IMG/VR virus record: IMGVR_UViG_3300042940_001755
Direction: 5' to 3' (one strand)
Source: a virus
Taxonomy: Duplodnaviria; Heunggongvirae; Uroviricota; Caudoviricetes
DNA length: 43,977 nt
The notes beneath the pieces were generated by a model, which saw only the letters and a program-made list of their open reading frames with translations, did not search any database and was not told the DNA's origin. This document shows, one piece after another, positions 20,310 through 28,000 of the stretch (its first letter is position 1; each line of letters opens with the position of its first letter). A program made the position numbers and the translations under genes.

Positions 20310-20782
20310 TAATTCGCCCTCCACCACGTGTTACGGCTTTGTATGAGGTAAGGCGCTATCAATCTTTTAGCAATGAAGGGAACCTTCGCAGGTGCCTTAA
20401 TGCGAGCGAGATTGATAGTGTCAACAACTAACGAGGCTACCCCGCCTGTATCATCAAATAGACCATCATTATTTAGATAATGGTAAGCAAGTTCATAACA
20501 TGCCTTTAAGATACGGTCAGGGATTGTGTCGTCAAACACAATAACATCACCACGGGAGGCGTCAACAACGGAACCAGTGCGAGGCCAGCAAAGCGCCTGA
20601 GACGAATCTCTCACTTTGCCAACCCACATCATTTCTTCTAAGGAAGCTGTAGCCATTATTAGAGCTTGCTCACGCATCAATGGTTCTGCTGCAGTCCAAG
20701 CCGCCACATCCATACGATTCTCAAAGTACAGATTAGCACTGTCAAGGTCTGCATAAGAGTTAACACCAAGCTCCAAGGCCAT
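20309..20782 (-). CDS. Head-tail adaptor (DnaT-like family), 157 aa
   Basis: NSYADLDSANLYFENR...ALIMAT...QALCWPR...IPDRILKACYELA; directly after the capsid gene. Confidence 0.75.
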   Translation of the reverse strand: MALELGVNSYADLDSANLYFENRMDVAAWTAAEPLMREQALIMATASLEEMMWVGKVRDSSQALCWPRTGSVVDASRGDVIVFDDTIPDRILKACYELAYHYLNNDGLFDDTGGVASLVVDTINLARIKAPAKVPFIAKRLIAPYLIQSRNTWWRAN

Positions 20783-20786
20783 CTTA

Positions 20787-21974
20787 TTAGCCGTGGAAGA
20801 TTGGTAAGATACCTAAAGACAACACAGATGAAGCTTTACGATCCCAAACGCCTGTCGTAGCGTCTGTAGAAGTAGCTGCAGTTAATACTTTCTGTGTGCC
20901 GCCTTCCATTACACCGTAGTAGTTAGCATCTGAAGGGAATGCGTCTTTGCTACCAATCCAGTCGTAACCAGCAGGTGCAACAACATATCCCCAACGATTC
21001 CACACAGATGTAGAGCCGCCGCCTTTGAATTTACGCGCATCACGGTAAATTTCAGTAGGTTCTGGAACTGACAATGCTTTCATTGCCAATGCACCAGGCA
21101 ATACTACGAATGAGCAATCTGTACCAGCAATGTCAACGCCTGTACCAGTGTTGATTTTAGCCAATTCAGCCGCAGAGAATGCCGCAGATGCACGTGTAAC
21201 AACTAAACGGAATTTACCTTGGAAGATAGAATCGAAGTTCATGTTGCCTTCAGTGATGCGATCTTCGTCAACTAAGTTAGCTGAGCGGAAAGACGACAAT
21301 GTTTTAGGGCTAACAACTAAGTAGCACCAATCTGGTTCATAGTCTTTGAACGCTGTACCGAATGCTTGTAAGATTGTTTCCGCTCTTACCGCACCTGAGA
21401 TAGCCGCGTTAGTACCTGCAGCACCACCACTAGCCAACATTAACGCAGTGTTACCTGCATCGTAGTAGAAACCGTAGTTTTTGCTGGTAGGATCGTTGGT
21501 GAAAGATTGACCGCCTAAGCCGCCCGCTTTCGCGCCGTACAATGCTTCGGTCATCGCCACACCTTTCAACACAGACAAGATAGCGTTGTGTTCATCTTGC
21601 GCACGAGTTTCACCAAAGTCACGACCCATTTTAGCTAAGCCGTCTTGTTGTGTAACAACTTGCTGCATGTTGACTTTCTCGGCACCATGCGTACGCACAG
21701 TTTTGATGTATGTTAAGTAATCAGAGTTGAAGCTTGTAGCCGTACCATCAGTAGCATCTGTTAAAGATGCAACGTTGATGGTAGGGTTCATCGGTTTGAA
21801 CCAACGAACTTGACCAATAAAGGTTTCTGTGTTGGTGTCGATTAATGGGTTGTCGCCAACGATACCAGTGCCTGATAATTTCTTAGCAGTTGTGTAAGCT
21901 TCATCACTGTATGCTGTGATTGCTTCTTGTAAAACATAATTTGTTGCGCCTGCAACGTTAGTACGAACTGTCAT
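20787..21974 (-). CDS. Major capsid protein, 395 aa
   Basis: Size, position after the scaffold and before the adaptor, strongly biased codon usage, coat-like sequence. Confidence 0.85.
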   Translation of the reverse strand: MTVRTNVAGATNYVLQEAITAYSDEAYTTAKKLSGTGIVGDNPLIDTNTETFIGQVRWFKPMNPTINVASLTDATDGTATSFNSDYLTYIKTVRTHGAEKVNMQQVVTQQDGLAKMGRDFGETRAQDEHNAILSVLKGVAMTEALYGAKAGGLGGQSFTNDPTSKNYGFYYDAGNTALMLASGGAAGTNAAISGAVRAETILQAFGTAFKDYEPDWCYLVVSPKTLSSFRSANLVDEDRITEGNMNFDSIFQGKFRLVVTRASAAFSAAELAKINTGTGVDIAGTDCSFVVLPGALAMKALSVPEPTEIYRDARKFKGGGSTSVWNRWGYVVAPAGYDWIGSKDAFPSDANYYGVMEGGTQKVLTAATSTDATTGVWDRKASSVLSLGILPIFHG

Positions 21975-21978
21975 TTAC

Positions 21979-22695
21979 TTAATTCCGGTTAGGTAGAGGT
22001 TTTCCCTCTGAGATGTGTTGTAACACTTCCTCTTGAGTCATCGCGAAGATAGAGCTCTTTTGAGTAGTGCCAGGTGTAGGAGAAGTCGCTTGACTTCCTG
22101 TTCCTGAAGATACTTTGGCCTTGAATAAGAAGGCATTATCTTCATTCTCAGCGAATACTTTCATAAAGTCACGCACTGAAATACCAGACTTGTGCACCCA
22201 TTTGCCGTCATCGGTTTGGACCAATTCAGCGAGTACCTTGCCATGAGTCATTTCAGCTGCTGTATTGCCACGGAATTGGTAGGTAGACAGCACAGCCGTC
22301 ACTTCATTGTCGCGTGATAACTCAGTGTTTCTTTTCGCCAACGCAGCTAGCTTGGCATCCTTCTCTGCTAATTGCATGTCGAAGGCTTCTTTATGCTTGC
22401 CTTCTTCTGTCAATCGTGCAATTTCTGCATCGCGCTCTTTCTTCTCTAAGGCATCAGCCTTAGCCTGAGCAGCGTCTCTTTCGGCAAAAGCACTGTCTAA
22501 CTTACCCTTGATTGGCTTTAACTGCTCTTGAACCATTGCTGCCAATTCTTCTTCCGTGATGGTAAGAGTCTTCTTAGTAGAAGCGGTTTCGGTAATAGTT
22601 GCCGCAGCAGGTGCTGGAGCAGGCTTTGCCGTTTCGGTTGCAGGGGCAGGTGTCGCAGCTTCTTGTGCTGCTGGTTGGGTTGTTTCTTCGCTCAT
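21979..22695 (-). CDS. Capsid scaffolding protein, 238 aa
   Basis: Pro/Ala/Thr-rich N-terminus, long coiled coil, NEDNAFLFK...SSGTG C-terminal pattern; precedes the capsid gene. Confidence 0.8.
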   Translation of the reverse strand: MSEETTQPAAQEAATPAPATETAKPAPAPAAATITETASTKKTLTITEEELAAMVQEQLKPIKGKLDSAFAERDAAQAKADALEKKERDAEIARLTEEGKHKEAFDMQLAEKDAKLAALAKRNTELSRDNEVTAVLSTYQFRGNTAAEMTHGKVLAELVQTDDGKWVHKSGISVRDFMKVFAENEDNAFLFKAKVSSGTGSQATSPTPGTTQKSSIFAMTQEEVLQHISEGKPLPNRN

Positions 22696-22790
22696 TTTAA
22701 TTTCCTAGATTACAAATCTATTGGGGTTCGGCACAGGCACAGCACTGACCGGTTGATTTGCCGAAGTGTCTGCTTCAGCTCAGATTACTG

Positions 22791-23228
22791 CTAAAGGATT
22801 GCCCAGTCTTCCGACAAAGTGTCGTTGATACTCGGTACCCACGTACTTGTAGAGCCGTTTACATTCTTGATCGCCAAGTATGAGTTTAACTGTTCAGATT
22901 CGGGGACTAATGTCACATACATGCCCTTGCCATTCCACCCTTTTCGGCTAACAGATGCACCACGCTTAAGAGCCTCAATTGCCAGACCGAAAGTCATCCT
23001 TTCAATCTCACGGTAGCTGGAGTCAAATTGCACTTTAGGTGTCCAAGAGATGTAACCGCCGTAATTGGGGTGATTTGGAGTACACGCACCACCATTATCT
23101 TCCACCAAGTACCCGTCATCCTCGCCATTCTCATTCGTAGGCAAATCCCATCCGCGCAATTCGTTGTAGGCAAGACGTGTCATCGGGGTGGCAGTTACTA
23201 ACTTACTCCCGTAATATGCCTTCATCAT
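22791..23228 (-). CDS. DUF2829 / Tad2-like (Thoeris anti-defence sponge family) protein with extra N-terminal domain, 145 aa
   Basis: MTFGLAIEALKRGASVSRKGWNGKGMYV...WVPSINDTLSEDW is the DUF2829 signature; this family includes Tad2 as recalled. Confidence 0.75.
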   Translation of the reverse strand: MMKAYYGSKLVTATPMTRLAYNELRGWDLPTNENGEDDGYLVEDNGGACTPNHPNYGGYISWTPKVQFDSSYREIERMTFGLAIEALKRGASVSRKGWNGKGMYVTLVPESEQLNSYLAIKNVNGSTSTWVPSINDTLSEDWAIL

Positions 23229-23551
23229 GCGAACACCGAGTTGTGACCGGCTTCAGAGAGCCAAAGATGCTGCTTGAGGCGATAGCCCTCTAACTGCCAA
23301 ACTTTATCTCTGGCATTGCCGCGTGCAACAGAGCGCCCTATGGCTTCATTGAAGTTCTCTGGAGACGCACATGCTGATTCTCCAGTGACTTGGAAACCGT
23401 TTGTTAAGGTAAGTAAGCACACCGTGACAGTAGTGTCAGGAAACACATAATACGCTTCACCAATAATCTGCGCATCAATGTGTTCAGGGGACAAGCGAGG
23501 AGCAGTAAGTCCTTTCGCGACAATCTCCTCCTCTAATTGCTGCTCGTTCAT
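23225..23551 (-). CDS. Phage gp49/gp66-family protein (candidate Acb4-like sponge), 108 aa
   Basis: TAPRLSPEHID...TVTVCLLTLTNGFQVTGESACASPENFNEAIGRSVA...VWQLEGY matches the Phage_gp49_66 pattern; the Acb4 link is recalled, not verified. Confidence 0.7.
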   Translation of the reverse strand: MNEQQLEEEIVAKGLTAPRLSPEHIDAQIIGEAYYVFPDTTVTVCLLTLTNGFQVTGESACASPENFNEAIGRSVARGNARDKVWQLEGYRLKQHLWLSEAGHNSVFA

Positions 23552-23739
23552 ACGAATGCCTCGATTCTTTCTGCCAAGATATACGCGTACTCACGCATCG
23601 CAGCTAACTGACGTGTCATTCTGGTGTATTCCTCTGGAGACGCAGTAGAGTCATCACGACTCAAAAAGTCATTTAAGGCATTGATCTTTAAAAGTAATTC
23701 GTCATTCTCTTGAATGACTCTTTGTTGATAAGGTTGCAT
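23548..23739 (-). CDS. Small helical protein (crAss001_48-like), 63 aa
   Basis: MQPYQQRVIQE.DEL..KI.AL.DFL...Q..AM.EY..IL.ERI..F pattern; ATGA-coupled to the next gene. Confidence 0.65.
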   Translation of the reverse strand: MQPYQQRVIQENDELLLKINALNDFLSRDDSTASPEEYTRMTRQLAAMREYAYILAERIEAFV

Positions 23740-23741
23740 TG

Positions 23742-24122
23742 TCAGCCTATTCCGTAAAAGCCTAAGTCATTGTCATATTTTGACGGCTCAGGTATTGGAG
23801 AGAGAATGTGTTCTTCGGTAAGGATATCTGATTCCTTGAGTAACACACCGTTAATCCGAGAGCGACCAGCCACCGGAATGATCCCAGTATCGATTGCCTC
23901 ATCTAAGTATTTTTGGTAAAGCTCATCTGGGAGACCACGTGCGTGCATCTCATCTAATGTTGCCTTGATTGACTGCTTGGAGACTGCTTCAGCATAAAGC
24001 TCACGGAGACCTGCTCTGGCCTTTATCATATCAGCACTGTTGGCAAAGAAAGCATCATGGATGGTGCTGGTAGGGATGTTGTTCTTCTTGCCCCATAGGT
24101 GAAAGCCTTTTACGAGTGTTGC
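23742..24122 (-). CDS. MuF-RNA polymerase exon 2 (126 aa, contains catalytic motif C IHDAF)
   Basis: Manual translation ATLVKGFHLWGKKNNIPTSTIHDAFFANSAD runs in frame into the listed 23742..24029 ORF; IHDAF corresponds to T7 RNAP IHDSF (Asp812). Confidence 0.9.
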   Translation of the reverse strand, partial: ATLVKGFHLWGKKNNIPTSTIHDAFFANSADMIKARAGLRELYAEAVSKQSIKATLDEMHARGLPDELYQKYLDEAIDTGIIPVAGRSRINGVLLKESDILTEEHILSPIPEPSKYDNDLGFYGIG

Positions 24123-25077
24123 CGTTATATTACAGCCAGTTCGTTAATCTTGCTGTGTGTGTCAGATTTTGAGGTTAATAATTAATGGTTTTTCCAGATC
24201 TTTCCGGACTCAATTCCTGCGATGGTGCCTCTATGGACGCCATACGTTGCAGCAATTACTTTCTTTGGCACTGAATCTGCTAGCAGTAGCCTTATCTCAG
24301 CTACCGATTCTGGTGTTAATTTCCCTTTCTGCGAAAGATTAGGGAAGGCGTCTCTGGAGATATGCTTCCAAGTCTTGTTAAGACGAATGTGGCTTATAGC
24401 CCCTGTGCTGCACCCAAATGCTTTTGCAATATCTGCGGTAGATTCGCCTCTAGCGCAACGCTCAAGAATTAGGATGACATCCTTCTCAGCCAGCAGCGCG
24501 TGTACGCTCTCCTCACCCACTTTGCCATTTCCTTCTGCATACGAGTGTTGAATATTTTCTGCAGTAGTGGACCACTCTAAATTAGCAACAGCGTTATTGG
24601 CTGGGTTACTATCTTTATGGTTAACAACAGGCTTTCCCATAGGATTGTCGATAAACGTCTCTGCCACCAACCGGTGCACTTGGACTGTCTTGACTACACC
24701 ATTGTGCCACATGCCAAATTTGACGTAACCTTGAGAGGTAATGTTCCCTGCCAGCAAGGTCCCTGTGTTGTCATTCCTAAGTCTGCCTTGATCGCTGACA
24801 GAGTATTGTGTATCTTTGTATTGTTTCCAAATTTCATTCATTTGTAGCTTCTCCAATGTGTTCTGACACACATCTCCATATTCCGATGGAGTCTAGACTA
24901 TATCATACATCCTTGTCCTTGCGCTTCGGCATCACTTGACACCTACTCTACTCTCTTATTACGATTTCGATAGTCGTTGCACCCCGCTATATAGTAGCAT
25001 CCTGCTACACAGGGCTCAGTATTACCCGTTCTGGGCTTCCACTGAATTCACAAGGTTTTAAAACGACAGCTTTGTTT
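24123..25077 (-). mobile_element. Group I self-splicing intron (955 nt, IA-like core) with homing endonuclease ORF
   Basis: Exon 1 ends in U and the intron ends in G (24123). P1: exon AAACGAU pairs with intron GUCGUUU with a terminal U-G. Core elements: P AAUUCAGUGGAA (25037-25048), Q AAUACUGAGC (25014-25023), R GUGCAACGACUAUCG (24968-24982), S AUGAUAUAGUCUA (24894-24906); P3 CCUUGUG/CGCAAGG. Removal restores the reading frame. Confidence 0.92.
24182..24841 (-). CDS. Intron-encoded NUMOD4-HNH homing endonuclease (I-HmuI-like), ~219 aa
   Basis: EIWKQYKDTQYSVSDQGRLRN (NUMOD4-like); VHRLVAETFIDNP...VNHKDSNPANNAVANLEW (HNH); two C-terminal HTH-like repeats; SD GGAG before the ATG at 24841. Confidence 0.9.
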   Translation of the reverse strand: MNEIWKQYKDTQYSVSDQGRLRNDNTGTLLAGNITSQGYVKFGMWHNGVVKTVQVHRLVAETFIDNPMGKPVVNHKDSNPANNAVANLEWSTTAENIQHSYAEGNGKVGEESVHALLAEKDVILILERCARGESTADIAKAFGCSTGAISHIRLNKTWKHISRDAFPNLSQKGKLTPESVAEIRLLLADSVPKKVIAATYGVHRGTIAGIESGKIWKNH

Positions 25078-28000
25078 ATCGTTTGAGTGGTTGCCATTAA
25101 CCGCGTAAGCTGTCCTGGCCTTTGTAACATCTGCAATGTCGTTAATCTTGCCTTCTTTGTTGATGATCTGTTCCCACCAAGTTGCTTCTGTCTTTTGAGG
25201 AACCTGAATGACATTCATTACTGTATTGCCATCCTTGTCTTTATAGAGCAGTTTCTCTTCGAAGGCTTGGGTGAAGTTCTGCTCTAGAACCTTCCCATCA
25301 AAGTTCACCCAAGGGACATTTGTCCAGCTCTTTGGGAGCTTATTTGAGTAGAATAGCTGAAAGCCCTTCGTAACATCTAAGATCTGAAACAGTTCTATTT
25401 TAGCGTACTTGGCACCTGTTCGGCGATCTGTACTTGCCTGCTTTCCTCCTAGAAGGATGTCAGCCAGTGTAGAGTCTGGTTTAAACCAACTAAATCGCTT
25501 CAGCACCTGTTCAGTCAATGGAGTTTTAGGGTCAACACCTAACATCTCACTGAAGCGAGATCCGAACAGGACTTTCACCTTATTATCTAGACCTAACAAA
25601 TCACCCACAACTCTATCAACTGTCTTGCCTTTCTTGCGTTCACCAAAGAGCGTGATTTCACCAATAGCCTTCCAATCGAAGTCAGCGTTCTTAGGCTTGG
25701 CATGGCGAAGATAGTCTTCTGCCAGCCTTCCGAAGAACTTAGTGAAATCTTTAAGGATCGGCACTTGTTCACCAAGGTGATCACTCATGATGTTCGCAAT
25801 ATCCTTAAAGTCCTTTGGTGTGACAACCAAATCGTACGTTGCAGACATCTTCTCGACTAAAGCACGGTTGCCAGGGTCTAAGAAGTAAAGTTGCTCCATA
25901 ATCTCGTCACCGGGATCTAGACCTTTGTTGAAGATATCTCTGACATTAGCTCTCAAGGTCATCAGCTCGTCAAAGGTGTCAGGGTCGTAAGACTTATAGC
26001 GGGCTGCTCTGGCAGAGATCTCGTCCAGGATGGTATCACGCTCTGACGCCTTCACTACTAAGGTGTTGCCCTGCTTCTCTAGTATCTTGGCTAATTTGCC
26101 TTCAACATTGAGAATACCTGTACGTTCTCCAGCACCGTAAAAGGTAACCATGTTCTGAGCCTTCGCCGCCTTCCTTAAGTCTTTCTCAGATAGGCCGAGA
26201 CGCTCATTCATGACCTTGAAACGTGGGTCATTGTAAGTAGCCGCAGCTATCTCATCGTATAGGCGGCGCTTCTGGGTGGTAGGAACTACATTGCTAAGTT
26301 CAGCTAACTGTTTGTTCTTAGTTGCCAGCGCGATAATCTGAGCACCTGAGGATGAAGCATCTTGCTCTAAAGCAAGAGCTGTTTTGTAACTATTCATCTT
26401 CGCCACAACATCAGTTGCACGTGGTGCAGCTAATGCCTTGACACTCTCAGCACCGATTTCCTTGTTCAACCTCTCAATTAGTCCAATCGCGTCCCCTGGA
26501 ACTACCTTAAGGCCGGCATCATTTGCAGCAATTAATGCAGCCTCCTGATTGGTCTTCATAAAGTAAGGACTATCAGCATCTTTAATTACAGTAGCCGCGC
26601 CAAATCTCTCAGCCTTTAAAGCTCTTTTCTGAGCCTCTATTAGCTTAAAGACTCTGGCACTCCTTGGAACCGAAGCAGACTTCAGATGCTCCTCCATAAA
26701 CTCACCGAGCTCCTCCACCACTTGCATGGCAATGTAACGAGGTGTGTCACCTTTAGAGCGCTGTTCGAATTTAGCCTTATTCTCCGCCACCTTGGCTGCA
26801 GAGAATTTCTCTCCTGTGGCTTGGTCGAACGTCTTATAAGTAGCCCTCTCCATCCGCTCTTTGGTAAGCGAAATGTCAGCGGTATGCAGCCATTTAAAGG
26901 CTTCGCCAACATCCTTAGATGTCAATTTACCTTCTGATGCAAGCCTTAATAAGTCTGATTGCGCCTGTATTACCTCTGCGGGACTGCTAATGTAATCAGG
27001 ATCAGTCTTATTATTCACACCAAGCAAACGCACTAACCCTGCTGCATCTTGCCGTTCAGATAATAGGCCTGGGGTAGATACCACCTCGCTAACAGCAGCA
27101 GAAGTCCCGTCTTTGAGATAATTGTCAATCTTAGCAGCTTCCATAGCGAATCTAAAGAACTTACCAAGCTCTTCGCCTTCGACCTGTTGCACCATGCTTG
27201 ACTCAAGAACACCTCTGATGTCTGCCGGTTTACCTCTCATCAGCTTATTGCCGACATCGACCATCTCAGGCCACAATCTATCGGCAATCTTCTGCCGCCC
27301 AGTAAATGTCAATGAGTTGTCTTTGCCTTCAAAGGCATCAGTCAGGCCTCCTAAGAAGGCGCCAGTCTGATCTCTGAAATTCAAGTAACCGTCATATCCG
27401 AGAATCTTCTCTTCCTTCGTGTTAAGGAATGGCCGGAAAGATTCACCAGACTGAGGGCTAATCAACCCACGGTCATAAATGCGAGCCCGATGATCAATAA
27501 ACGGGTTATTAGAGAATGAATCACCCGATTTACGCAGCCACTCCATTGATTTAAAGCGTTCATACGCATCTCCACGTCCTGCAATGTAGTGTTTGTACTC
27601 ATTAAGTCCATCGTAGAATTTAGCCTTACCTCTGTCATCCACAAAGTAAAGAACCTTTTGAACGGCATCATAGAAATCAGGGTCCACCCTATATTCAGTC
27701 TGGGATGCCCAATTTAAGGCGTCCACAGTGTTCTTGTCAACAAAAGACTCAGGGAAGTCACTAAACGAGCTTGTAGAGGTAATCGGGATACGAGTATCAT
27801 AATTATCTTCAGTAAAGTACGTCTTGTAGCCCTCTCTGAACTTAAGACGATTCTCAGGTTTCGTTACAGCAACCCGCAAACCCAGCTCTACCTTTCTGGT
27901 GAGGTGGGAGTACTCTTGCACTCTAGGGTCTGTGACCCTAATGTTGTATGCGAGCGTATCGTAATACGGGCCAAATAGATTCCCTGACATTCGCGACTTC

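Noticed and set aside
23742-24029. Independent 95-aa gene
   Set aside because: It is the end of RNAP exon 2, in frame with the upstream IHDAF motif.
25048-25077. ORF-track C-terminus KQSCRFKTL of the 1667-aa protein
   Set aside because: This is read-through into intron sequence; the predicted true product continues in exon 2.
26398-27112. Intein in the RNAP
   Set aside because: No N-terminal Cys/Ser, no His-Asn end, and no LAGLIDADG-like motif seen.
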